Shown here in pieces: positions 33,701 to 36,487 of a stretch of 64,000 nucleotides of DNA. The stretch is taken from contig CAZTVF010000002.1 in NCBI GenBank assembly GCA_964616985.1, positions 25,114 to 89,113 of the forward strand, written 5' to 3'. Every line of letters starts with the position of its first letter. Within the stretch, counting starts at the first letter, position 1. This DNA comes from an uncultured Planctomycetaceae bacterium. GTDB taxonomy: Bacteria; Planctomycetota; Phycisphaerae; SM23-33. Made by a program: the position numbers and the translations under genes. The notes beneath the pieces are model-generated. The model was not told the origin of the DNA and searched no databases. It worked only from the letters and a program-made list of their open reading frames with translations.

Positions 33701-34235
33701 AGTTCGAAAGGACCGATGCCAGGTCCAGAGGCACGTCGAAATCCAGGGCCGTCTCGAACGGGAAGGTGAAACTCAAGGCCGTATCGGTCCAACTGCCCAA
33801 TACAGCCAGGGGATCGACGTTGAAGTCCAGGGGAAGATGGATGCCGCCGATGACGGCGTCGACGAGTCCGTCGAGCCCCTTAAGCGCCTCGACCAGACTG
33901 TCGACCGAGGCCGTGCCTGCCGCCTCCAGCGAGGCCGTAAAACGCTCGACAAAGCCCAAATCGATCATGTCGCCTACGTGGGCCAGTGAGCCCAGCGACG
34001 AGTTTCCCAGCATGGCGAGTCTGGATTGGAAGAGGTCGGCCTGAGAGAGGCTGTCCGCCCATTGCGCGAACTGCTCCAGCCCCTCGGACAACCGGGCGCG
34101 CAGATCGCCACTGAGGGGATCCTGGTTGGAGCTGAGCAGGATGCGAGGTTCCAGCAGTTGCAGATCGAACGTATGCGAGATGGTGTCGTCCTCGAACGGC
34201 AGGTCGACAACACGATTCTGGTCGGCCCGCGACAT
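12702..34235 (-). CDS. giant (7177 aa) multidomain surface protein, LEPR-XLL family, with beta-helix, malectin, NIDO-like, Ig-like, Calx-like and dockerin-like modules
   Basis: A single uninterrupted 21,534-nt ORF with recognisable domain motifs throughout (see sub-features). All long opposite-strand ORFs are low-complexity Arg/Gly/Ala/Val shadows. Confidence 0.92.
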   Translation of the reverse strand: MSRADQNRVVDLPFEDDTISHTFDLQLLEPRILLSSNQDPLSGDLRARLSEGLEQFAQWADSLSQADLFQSRLAMLGNSSLGSLAHVGDMIDLGFVERFTASLEAAGTASVDSLVEALKGLDGLVDAVIGGIHLPLDFNVDPLAVLGSWTDTALSFTFPFETALDFDVPLDLASVLSNYPIEVGSLLSKAVTTLSLPLTFGLDLTLPAADQFFINLGEFDLGIDFSLPNNPALPALPLQMGFLDAAIDLVHSQLAMVVDLPAEFLNPFGDVMNRIHLNQLLATPLDQLFSLTPLGNLTAMLPLDISPLPQAPQINLSSLDVFTDAVSVAVNTDFESLLGFCAIDSTTVLQMLDQLGMSFTSLQNADLFRQMSLLGSQSLADVLKLGEAIQNTLETAVTEQLAAGEGALRAAFDSAQSLLARFIGGDGINSALMGFQNGQLTYTLEFSDTIEADKAFSYDFSQGPLTLTAAGSLHAGLGTNMAITLGFDIPTLIATAQAASAAPAQGRLAQNAVLTVQVGDAAAVTVTIAADPNNASVDDLIEDVNLALLAAGLSQSVLAQKIVVSNGGVNEERLILKTRGPWVPGKLTIGGAGAAALGFAAGAVALSPFQLEAAQIVAGGPAAGMGRLAQDARFTVEVGGRAPVTVIVLADASNRMMADLIADINAALVTAGLDQVVEARVATVNVNGRDVERVSLRTLNLSSPPRLKITPGAGAAQLGLVATQATESSFLNRFFIENASAEATIDLEAQLPSGGSGTGGQASLGMVGSVTLSDGWATLGGEASTPQNRVPASASLHLGLPGTRYYLADFIAAVRDDVEGLVGDSLVLDAAAQTHFTVTLTSELLAALGLLQQPRWIDISKPSLASPDLPDITTQGLDDLLDVARLGRADFISALSSLGNYLQGLKGLQGPLGWTIPGTGLNLNSLLSYVDEFTAFINQLRIEGPSALNQTLGQLAARIRAILHLDPSQFVMRIDPGAAGVPAALQMAIDWTKEFNRTIPLRLDLGTLLGDALAGSGMESLTSILDVSGHANVVADGGATFRLNMGINLDTLTPFLYDDTGISGDVRVVGPGIGFNLSLGGMVGMQIVGGHLYVGGVPAGGVAAYADSDIPYAGFRLQLPQGEAGVAERFDLSGNLPQLMQASFGAQVDLVLPFQGPFLAADPANHDLSILVGVDGVGGLSGLHAEYPVFIEPGSLDLRALTDGLRVLLGQIENLLGRDVFDITLPIVGTQLNADYLTGLLADLPNWTAYDDPLNYLAWATNNIARMFGLTPEQILAAETTDVGEAVEFRLQFSDTYEFAAGSIDFDLGLPGLGLDIAADAQAQLAWGFNLAFGVDRDQGFYLITGNEGFQTDLRFGDSDDILQLNLGAEVTGLNADGTMANFLKIKAYQLPGQLITAGATFNVDLDSRGTDYRVYFNQLGGWDFDVAVDTTISADVSMQIEVYYDDNFPSLDANLVATWRPGQTPVVALEDIRLDLGEFLSDTIGPVLGYINDVMAPLRPVLAVLTTPLPFISGAMGHDVTILDLARLVASGNPRTEFISDLASLIDLSAHVPQFDSEYVHLGSYVFSGELAGASGPLDLALNDGTFQAGDPLSEGQGLGGVFSGFLGDLNDLGIHLPLLETPFRAVELLMGRDVELITYTTPELSLGVDHVWKIPVVYPWLVITISMELGVTAQATFGFDTRGLRMYGESGEAEDLMNGFYIAAGTGHSLIKFDGHVGIGFGVDAYAVSVRLEGGIGVDAWINIVDLDRDNRLHLDEMASYLPDHLLDLFDAGGKIYFDIRVVWEALFWEGSKRLVKKTLLDLSDAGRHAAVPDTQISWDSRAATSAIDLGVIPSATTGKDGWLSDRGVTWYRFNSERADGQEELTAFKVTDLARDDDMAIAVFDEKGHRLYNSAAWQNGVASTSGLSLPDGTYYLAVLTPDEIDNITILPQSNAATHTEVYYINDNDPGLDLFTSAPGSDDNDGLSATTPRRSLASIMPMVQGDESRVYVLVDSGNYNITSTAVCTTDNLAFIGTGWSELNYSGAPVFDINDAGSISISGMTFDGDGTGTAVRVRGMGAIDPNTGERVSNGQVVIQGNRFEDSRIAIDADGYQTLNVLDNVFTGGGDFGVRVGGTTSAFITSNDFSAFTGFCGVATTSRFSTVIDENILRGATNAVWGGDGSAVELAENDITGDVLLTADRGNVIRGNEIEGGVTLRASTSDWRANWPQHFYPPQDIEPTQIYPEFSQSIIANTIHGTIDIQSPASMVIEGNTADGIIIGGNNPLTNSVAVRGNTVNAGAGTAVLVTGDSWVDLTSNTLRGDTVVQIEGSRPSTLSLNDIWSNHTAVKVLGSGTAMMLENSITGSTAIYIESSAPVRIENNTLIHGWAYAVHGVGANTVASMIGNTNIQGNVVFESVGQATQQRLAAFVGNVVDGDVELLTGQYAAIEGNVVSGMLTVELSAFGGVAPISTFVGNTVNQGDMTLTVPSGQDWQLDRNTVNGGGIALVGGRRADVQNNTVSRSIVVTISDAPDNTLPASVLYNNIAPTELRLVGGPGVRASDNPNIGQLYIETTGAWLGAGETYHTIVSEHDAAHESSLGKLTVKVPGRVWIHDNLIAADGVTTVSAGPLRFEDNEVVHGAVVSTVSGLGDEPTVITRNNIYDGALLLTGGPGADIFSNRTIKSGMSIVLGDAWALPLGRTYHTLIYDNGNSGGQLGGIGVSAPAGAEIHHNTIMGAGELVVSGTSSQPHYVHDNVLNSTGDIRILAGPSATVVDNIVTGGGIRIDLAASVLPADQEWVTRVEGNETRDSMTLTLKDRAEVQDNTINNGTLWIYGSSPTPHRIIGNTISHSIEVRGGPAAVIEQNTLGQTGQIILDLEGHTLGNGDNTTYILGNTAPGGINANLAEAAIIAPLAVPGQADVPSIVGGIRLTGEASTPHQVLSNQVTGLIYINAGPGVVIEHNDATGQVIQVRLSGGVAEASRIVDNTARQIDATLLGGGMINDNTIGAGGLILDTGAAAEITGNTIAGGGMAISGSGAAGHAIESNTIAGTLLLSASASVMHTITDNTISGGQYGIDLPSSAPVTIFDNPRIEGTQYGLYVHGEAAVSVERTSDLRNDVIVGGQWGVYVSALNAEMTLRNNDIAGGVYISSQRASLVEDNDIHGGATGLYMSASAGGTARHNTIHDNAIGMEFHNASLQVYGNDISAGSTAGVVTDVTLGGGDWSDPNRVHDNAVGVQAQSGATIRFNKIEGNTIGVQAGAASQVHHNLLLNNATGVLISGVAGVSVVNNTIVTAAGDGIHVQSGASAATIRNNIVWTQDGYDLYVANDSQAGLASDYNNLFTSGAGKLVWYQKPFDDLFDWQIESLQDAHSIGYTRIAPTLDAPAFVNAPGGDYRQAASSTSVDGGSPADSAALEPAPNGGRVDIGAYGGTVLATASRSSYLRLEYPDFHADWQVDRARTIRWSQTNLTGDISVDVYTAAGTLAAHVGTYDASALSAIWSPQSSGLPADLNAGYRVRITSVATPSVFDESRETFTIVPAGGTFYVNDAFTAGDQYASTVGDNRNSGLSAAAPKASLLAFLRMYDLGSGDVIYVDTGSYVHVANLLIGGPGSAGDDEGLHIIGPDLQGSHAIINRSVNYAGTYSLDIDSADGVTIENLTLLGGQRGVWLHATSSRFIGRSLEISGTAAEGVRVESGSATVELTGLSVAYAGAAGIYSAAPDTTILDSVIHNNAGMGINLPTAGAASLLGNEVYANASGISVVMSVSGATAVVGSLGHGNSVHDNTGSGIVAEGSARVEGNAVSGHGGTGISLTRALTLGEPSANYNAVYNNADGIIAYTRGTLTGNLVYNNAGVGIKARETEAISRNVIHGNDIGVDLWAYYAGSVDHNVLYGNAVAGIRATGASTGAISFTHNTIDQATGDGIRLLGGVDDVTLLNNIIVVGSGYGVNVSSDSQDDFASDYNLFYTTGTGKVGYWAGAQTTLAQWRSASGKDPMSLWADPLFVNAAGGDYHEQSTRGSFHDGTLAVLLDGSGLPYAYGGDLQADAAQSRAIDRGSAASAFNLEPAPNGGFVNLGAYGNTPQASQSEDAYVMVLSPKAGDIAFLGRSSTIRWRSQDFTGTVDIELLSKGVVERTLAIGVANTGSFSWSVPADLPATAGYAIRITRAAAVGVSDTFELQTFSGIYYVNDSTAAEGDWTRAAGSLANSGLSADSPKSSIQAVFDSYELQAGDAIYVDAGTYALNSNLFLTAAQSGIRIVGYHDASHSDRHAVLNRGNTAAGSYGIEFSGASNTSLEHLWITGAYTGIYAADGVVGSGIRIENGRFYGNTDWGIWLGTGIAGPVVTGNEFSGLSSGGIAQDGGVHTGGAAASVAGNTVHDLNERYRNGIEMIGVDSVAENNILLDNYNGIEVQGARSIARGNQVSGGISGIYVGNGSAQADWVEVSGNIVHGQSVVGIQTYSSARIIGNTVYGIHHVEVEGAAVGAIVANGLIIGNVVYDNTWGIRSGNYTGLTVRGNLVYGNVIGIRTTSGLIEQNVVRDNVTGIRAYGYYSTQVLNNVISGNASVGLLLQGATSSYDAFQIANNTIYQPAGDGIRMEALANHVTLVNNIVQVAGGYGLYVSNDSQLAFASDYNLIFATGTGKAGYYGGDRLTLAQWRAASLQDANSLAVNPLFVNASAGDFHLQSLTGSFHNGSLAAMLDVSTGLPAAASGDWTLDAQQSPAIDRGDASKAYSNEPSPNGGFVNIGAYGNTAQASKSPLAYVTVLAPSAGESWMTNRSSTIRWRSQDTTGTVDVELLSGGAFVRTIATGVANTGSLAWTLPRELAQGDSYTIRITRTDSTVGLSDVFSIVPAAAVYYVNDSAVGGDGFDWTTAAGSDAADGLTRATPRATIASVLSSYQLGAGDIIYVDAGAYTLSSNIVLAAAQSGIRIVGYNDPAHTDRYALLNRNNTSSTSYAIQLTGADDVSLEYLRIAGAYRGVYAADSAGSVNLTVLGCWFFGNSDYGVYLGTGNTDANVLNSTLHGQVYAGIRQPKGLYIASDRAEVRGNDAHDMYGGGSYYAMYVTGADSVIADNHVQNNSNYYGILYNGQRGSVTGNEVIGSQIGIYSSSGANDRVNWTTVSGNTVHGQSYKGMEVGAAFVTGNTAYSVHHAGGSAMYLGWYADVVDNVVYDSTTGIQGSGSSGLVIRGNRVYFCDTGILTSSGLIEANRVYSNLVGIRSGGYYSSRIVNNLIYANTTAALVMDNVGIGQSQIVNNTIYQQAGDAIRLQNASTNVSLRNNIIYVGSGYGVSVSDDSQVGFDSDYNLFYTTGTGKVGLWQGQTFATVEEWFYKLASDFHSGQGDPLFVDPNGVDNVLGYTGGVDGGLDDNFSLAAASPAVGKGDPFLAAPAQALGGVNRATLGHQGGTAAAQVGSAAQGVSLLTLNGLEKVTQGDTVKVQWQSWGLSSYRALVQSNAGGAPNGYWSDVYRTGGDAYMNTATVSTVGVSNPAPADVYASYVGNYWSNLSYSIPTPDGTFTIRLHFADPTNAAAGSRKFDIVLQGQTAQSNFDIAAAAGGKNIATVREFQVTASGGSGIHLSFVNRTSYAIISGIEVLAAEPLGAASPTVNLEGSTDDGQTWAPIASNLAMDRLGRGEYLWNVQSPVSSNAKLRIVSAATGVSDASDRAFQVVAAGNDYYINDAAVLPGDWTTAPGNDLNSGKSADAPMASLQGLLALYTPSAGDRIFVDTGAYAILRNLTLDSRFSGVTILGYSDAGHADRHAIFNRGATTAGLYAFKLAGADDVTMRDVSITGADTGIYGADSAGSERFTLTASRLYGNNVRGLYIGTGNAGVTIDGVETDGSAYSGVNQDHGLYIGSGSTIVRNSRFHDHYAYGLQFDGGSSGEVSFNESWNNEFGLYILAGSTVQTLVHNNVIHDTTNYGIYASGWTLVQSNTVYNNAGGVNRPAIYTSSSTVEVVANEVYGSGTGIAGYGFAVRDNIVHHTTTAIKTTDNAVYEGNRLYANTTGINMAGGTVRRNTIYSNGTGINSANTYGGRIENNLIYANNDLGLQLTAGSSSSYALDVVSNTVYQPVGDAIRIDTNARYIHLYNNILQVDNGYCIRVTPGTTTGYAADYNLFYLPYVSGNAGRWSSTVAASLGEWQAASGQDLRSATGNPLFVDPSGADNVMGYAAPMGGSLMDGGRDDNFNLSAGSTAIDRGHSWKLPAADITGQTRLDDPGTVNAGSGDYTAASLGSSQFAMVGTAQNWKSDDTYWTLTFTGGFTFSFYDAVYTSCRVSTNGFIYFGNDYYQSFDKTNTQAELIARPMIAPLWADLKTNGAGDDIYVDSSVAGQVTIRWNATVVANGNDANFSATLFTDGRVQFDYGLGNASLPAPTAGISDGTGYHYLLLPYDGQSNLTAAASIRTATQAGIVDIGAYEFRGSTLDVAAPTISGSTPSVVAASGQTGQRMSQITLGLSEAVDEIDALASGNYELRKAGGDTFGSGDTLISLLPQYTTGGMSIVLNLTQGAIPAGLYRLTVRGGAGAALHDLSGRALDGNSDGQAGGDWVREFRVLGAGVIVTPTAGLVVTESGGTASFSVSLQSQPSTTVTVPITSSNAAEGTVSTNLLTFTAANWNQPQTVTVTGANDIVRDGNKSFTVSVGPAASSDADYQGLAAASVALTNLDDEADDVLAPSVTASGVNNGAAGRSMVNEITISFSEDVSGSLGVEDIEILNLDTGLAIDRSAIALTYDPVSSLARLTFATLLGGSLPDGNYYVTVTGSGVTDAAGNWLDGNANGAAGGDYHFAFHRYFGDTDGNRAVDSLEMLRMRAAYLRSSADPKYNAAFDADNDGDVDAVDMLRLRANYLKVLSPLAPPSQQEAAEQPPRASAPEVVADTQPPTTGDPVTPAAPEPAPEPTPATTDAPTPAADQPQPEVPANEPAPTTGDPVTPGAPEPAPEPAPATTDAPTPAADQPQPEVPANELAPTTGDPVTPGAPEPAPATTDAPTPAADQPQPEVLTGALDPVDTPAHDEITEPMPPAPLLEESAAASIVADAPADAALVMTPVDAVVAPAALVAPSPTASTGSLPSSVTGDLTVDLMGLPLAPLSRTIAPVRPNTLPTLDSLAVIAGESLPRPNTPLLQQVACVWADSPAADESVSMNVMTVLQQSCGLARRHEADVAARFDGSASLRTLTDEAAWSLAAEALTLLNEWAEPRA
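13300..13680 (-). repeat. in-frame tandem repeat, 3 copies of 117-129 nt, encoding a Pro/Thr/Ala-rich linker
   Basis: The plus-strand unit 'GGCTGAGGCTGGTCTGCGGCGGGCGTAGGCGCATCGGTTGTCGCCGGTG...' starts at 13312, 13429 and 13558. The protein reads 'TTGDPVTPGAPEPAPEPAPATTDAPTPAADQPQPEVPANEPAP' three times. Confidence 0.9.
13760..13925 (-). other. dockerin-like duplicated Ca-binding (EF-hand-like) repeat
   Basis: 'GDTDGNRAVDSLEMLRMRAAYL' and 'DADNDGDVDAVDMLRLRANYL' are two D-x-D/N-x-D/N-G-x-(V/I)-D-x-x-D/E-(M/L)-L segments separated by about 15 aa. This is the dockerin type-I layout. Confidence 0.65.
14290..14640 (-). other. Calx-beta-like / Ig-like module
   Basis: 'LVVTESGGTASFSVSLQSQPSTTVTVPITSSNAAEGTVSTNLLTFTAANWNQPQTVTVTGANDIVRDGNKSFTVSVGPAASSDADYQG...LTNLDDE'. 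Confidence 0.5.
15125..15610 (-). other. NIDO-like domain
   Basis: 'FTGGFTFSFYDAVYTSCRVSTNGFIYFGNDYYQSFD...IAPLWADLKTNG...VTIRWNAT...' resembles the nidogen-type NIDO pattern (FxFxFYGxxYxxxxVxxNGxxxF...IAPxWxD). Confidence 0.5.
15650..17270 (-). repeat. beta-helix module 5
   Basis: Begins 'DYYINDAAVLPGDWTTAPGNDLNSGKSADAPMASLQGLLALYTPSAGDRIFVDTGAY'. Tail: 'DYNLFYLPYVSGNAGRW...LGEWQAASGQD...PLFVDPSGADN'. Confidence 0.75.
17520..17950 (-). other. malectin-like carbohydrate-binding domain
   Basis: '...YASYVGNYWSNLSYSIPTPDGTFTIRLHFADPTNAAAGSRKFDIVLQGQTAQSNFDIAAAAGGKNIATVREFQVTASGGSGIHLSFVNRTSYAIISGIEVLA' follows the malectin pattern (Y-x-(L/R)-LHFAE...R-x-FD-(I/V)...FDI...G...ISAIE). Confidence 0.75.
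17960..19730 (-). repeat. beta-helix module 4
   Basis: Begins 'VYYVNDSAVGGDGFDWTTAAGSDAADGLTRATPRATIASVLSSYQLGAGDIIYVDAGAY'. Tail: 'DYNLFYTTGTGKVGLWQG...'. Confidence 0.75.
19735..21745 (-). repeat. beta-helix module 3
   Basis: Begins 'IYYVNDSTAAEGDWTRAAGSLANSGLSADSPKSSIQAVFDSYELQAGDAIYVDAGTY'. It has the same tail as module 2 ('DYNLIFATGTGKAGYY...LAQWRAASLQD...EPSPNGGFVNIGAYGNT', 'TIRWRSQDTTGTVDVEL'). Confidence 0.75.
21750..23665 (-). repeat. beta-helix module 2
   Basis: Begins 'FYVNDAFTAGDQYASTVGDNRNSGLSAAAPKASLLAFLRMYDLGSGDVIYVDTGSY'. Ends with the conserved tail 'DYNLFYTTGTGKVGYW...LAQWRSASGKD...PLFVNAAGGDYH...EPAPNGGFVNLGAYGNT' plus an Ig-like 'TIRWRSQDFTGTVDIEL' unit. Confidence 0.75.
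23670..28415 (-). repeat. beta-helix module 1 (very long run of PbH1-type right-handed beta-helix turns)
   Basis: Begins 'VYYINDNDPGLDLFTSAPGSDDNDGLSATTPRRSLASI', followed by dozens of ~22-aa turns of the type 'N(T/D)IxGxxxG(I/V)xxxxxxxxx(I/V)xxN'. A PPC-like beta-sandwich precedes it (28430-28760: 'GVTWYRFNSERADGQEELTAFKVTDL...DGTYYLAVL'). Confidence 0.7.
32060..32740 (-). repeat. two tandem ~105-120 aa protein repeats in the N-terminal region I cannot assign
   Basis: 'GRLAQNAVLTVQVGDAAAVTVTIAADPNNASVDDLIEDVNLALLAAGLSQSVLAQ...ERLILKT...LTIGGAGAAALG' aligns with 'GRLAQDARFTVEVGGRAPVTVIVLADASNRMMADLIADINAALVTAGLDQVVEAR...ERVSLRT...LKITPGAGAAQLG'. Confidence 0.7.
34131..34154 (-). other. LEPR-XLL motif (aa 28-35, 'LEPRILLS')
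   Basis: The N-terminus reads ...FDLQLLEPRILLSSNQDP. This matches the 'LEPR-XLL' motif name used in protein-family annotation of very large planctomycete/verrucomicrobial proteins. No classical signal peptide precedes it. Confidence 0.7.
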
Positions 34236-34268
34236 CAGGCTTCTCCTTTGCAGACCCCGCGATTCCCC

Positions 34269-34883
34269 TTAACGAGGTCTCCGCCTTCGGGCCCCCATGG
34301 CCAGGACGCCACTAGCCAAAAGCAGAATGGTCATAGGTTCCGGGACGACGATCAGCGATGCCTTCTGGAAACTGATGCTGTTGTCCACGTCTTCAATTTG
34401 AGAGGTCACGAAATTCGACATGTTGGGAAAGAACTTGCCCAAGGACAACTCGTAGGTGCCCGCCTGTGTCCCTGCCGTGAAGTTGAATGTGCCCAGCCAG
34501 GTAGACGTGTAACCTTCGGTGAACGGATCCATAGACAATAGCAGGTTGCCAAAGTATCCCGCATAGCCGGCTGAGACTTCCTTCAATGCAGGAGCCCCGC
34601 TGCCGTCTTCCGCCAGCGACGCCGGCAGGACGATTGCGGAAGCATTCGAGACAGCCCCCGCCGCGGGGGCGAAAGTCATCTCGACGCCCTCACTGTACAA
34701 TCCCATTGAGAATCCCTGCAGCCCATCTTGTGCCGGGGCCGTGTCCACGAATATCTGGATCGCGATCGTCTGGCCCGGCGACACAGTATATGTATCCTGG
34801 TCTGGCTTCACGAGAATGGATGCTGCTGCCGGCTGAGCGTATGCCGATAGCAGGACCACCAGAGATAGAGCGAACGATCGCAT
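34269..34883 (-). CDS. PEP-CTERM-anchored secreted protein with a cohesin-like beta-sandwich (tentative)
   Basis: Signal peptide MRSFALSLVVLLSAYAQPAAA. C-terminus 'VVPEPMTILLLASGVLAMGARRRRPR' is VPEP + TM helix + Arg cluster, i.e. a PEP-CTERM sorting signal. The stop lies 33 nt upstream of the giant gene's ATG on the same strand. Confidence 0.85.
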   Translation of the reverse strand: MRSFALSLVVLLSAYAQPAAASILVKPDQDTYTVSPGQTIAIQIFVDTAPAQDGLQGFSMGLYSEGVEMTFAPAAGAVSNASAIVLPASLAEDGSGAPALKEVSAGYAGYFGNLLLSMDPFTEGYTSTWLGTFNFTAGTQAGTYELSLGKFFPNMSNFVTSQIEDVDNSISFQKASLIVVPEPMTILLLASGVLAMGARRRRPR

Positions 34884-35288
34884 GGTTACCTCGCTTTTGA
34901 AAAAGGGCGAAAGACCTGTACGAAACCCTTGGTTGGCATTATCGCCGACGATTGCCTAATCGCCAAGCGCAAAACTCATAGATTCTGATGGGTACATCCT
35001 AACGAGTTGCTGATGTCAAGCCAGACGATCAATACGCCCCAAGATCAACAGACGAGCCGAGTTAGGATTGGCCATTGCTGAAGGCAAGAGAAGGAGTTCC
35101 CCGCACTTACCAATCGGGTTCTGGGCCCTGAAAGCAGACTCGCGGTTGTCAGGATATGCCGCCCAAGCTGTGATAGGAGGAAATCCTGGGAACCCAAGCA
35201 TGGGCAATCGCCCAGTTCCTCGCACGCGGTGGCTGGGTAGCGCGCGGCCTGAAGGAAACCTGAAGCGAATTGCGTTTCCTCGTTCGGG

Positions 35289-36188
35289 TCAGCGGACCAG
35301 GTGCGACCGCATGAAGGCGGCCAGGTGTTCGACGGCTTGGCGGCTCTCGGGCAGCCCGTGGATCTGGAACACGTGGACCATGCCCGGCCAGACCTCCAGC
35401 GTCACATCGACCCCATCCGCCTTGGCTTTAGCGGCGAGGCGAACGCTGTCGTCGCGAAGCATCTCGTGCTGGCCGACCTGCATCAGCAGCGGGGGGATGC
35501 CGGTGAAGTCGGCGAAGATCGGAGAAGCCAGCGGATGACGGCGATCGGCCTTGCCAAGATACAGATCAGTGAATACGGGCATGGCCCGCGCGCTGCAGAT
35601 GGGGTCCTTCTCGGTCTGCATCGACTCGCTGGCCAGCGTCAGGTCTGTGCAGGCCGACAGGGGCATCGCGGCTCTCGGCAAGGGCAGGCGGCGATCGCGC
35701 AGTGCCAGCAGTGTCGCCAGCGTCAGGCCTCCCCCCGCCGAATCCCCCGCGATGAACGTGGCATGCGCGGGCCCCGAGCCGCACGGTCCGCAGACGCGCA
35801 TCCACTCATGGGCGCGAACGCAATCCTCTATTGCCGCGGGGAATGGGTGTTCGGGCGCCAGCCTGTAGTCCGGCAGCAGAACCGCGCACCGTGCGGCCGC
35901 GGAAACATCGGCCGCCAGAGGAAGGTAGTTTCCCGCCGATCCAGAGACGAATCCGCCGCCATGCAGATACAGAAGTCGCACATCCGCATCCGCTCCGGGT
36001 GCCATGACCCATTCGCACGGCAGGCCGTCGATCTCCACTCGCGTGCATTTGACATCGCGACTGGCGGGTTCATGTCGAGCGCCCATACCCGCACGCAGTC
36101 CTTCGAGGTTGAACTCGTTGCCCGGATCGCCGAATGCCGGGTGTTTGCGCAGTTCCTGCAGCAATGCACGACCTTCCGGTGAGACCAT
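35289..36188 (-). CDS. alpha/beta hydrolase, hormone-sensitive-lipase-like (family IV) esterase
   Basis: Oxyanion 'LYLHGGGFVSGS', nucleophile elbow 'IAGDSAGGGL', C-terminal 'PGMVHVF' His region. Confidence 0.85.
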   Translation of the reverse strand: MVSPEGRALLQELRKHPAFGDPGNEFNLEGLRAGMGARHEPASRDVKCTRVEIDGLPCEWVMAPGADADVRLLYLHGGGFVSGSAGNYLPLAADVSAAARCAVLLPDYRLAPEHPFPAAIEDCVRAHEWMRVCGPCGSGPAHATFIAGDSAGGGLTLATLLALRDRRLPLPRAAMPLSACTDLTLASESMQTEKDPICSARAMPVFTDLYLGKADRRHPLASPIFADFTGIPPLLMQVGQHEMLRDDSVRLAAKAKADGVDVTLEVWPGMVHVFQIHGLPESRQAVEHLAAFMRSHLVR

Positions 36189-36487
36189 TGAATCTCTCCT
36201 TCACAGCAATACTGTTGGCATTCCTTGTTCCTGGAACTCGCGGCCGAGCATCGACTTCATGCATCACCTTCCATAGGACGGGCCGCGATGTCAAGACGGA
36301 ATCGTCGAAGCAGTATCGTGCCAAGCCGTGCCGCTTCCTGATCTGTGCCTGCCGACAGGGTGGCCCTCGACCAATCTGCGTTGCCGCCGGGGGTCGTTCA
36401 CTTCGCCGCCATACTACGTCGAGGTCGTCCGTCGCAACATGCAGGTCGAGGCCCGCCGCGCGCGGAAATGATCGGCAAGCCCGATGG

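Noticed and set aside
12900-34100. Many long plus-strand ORFs inside the giant gene, e.g. 28416..31547 (1043 aa), 22875..25253 (792 aa), 25407..26909, 15144..16445 and 19071..20315.
   Set aside because: They are antisense shadows of a high-GC coding region. Their translations are low-complexity Arg/Gly/Ala/Val/Asp strings with no motifs, whereas the minus-strand frame shows continuous recognisable domains.
34884-35288. Possible ncRNA/riboswitch or tRNA in the lower-GC 400-bp region upstream of the PEP-CTERM gene, and likewise in 36189..36487.
   Set aside because: I could not recognise a cloverleaf, a conserved riboswitch core or a convincing stem-loop series by eye. This is most simply a promoter/5'-UTR region. 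A covariance-model scan (Infernal/Rfam, tRNAscan-SE) would be needed to exclude small RNAs.
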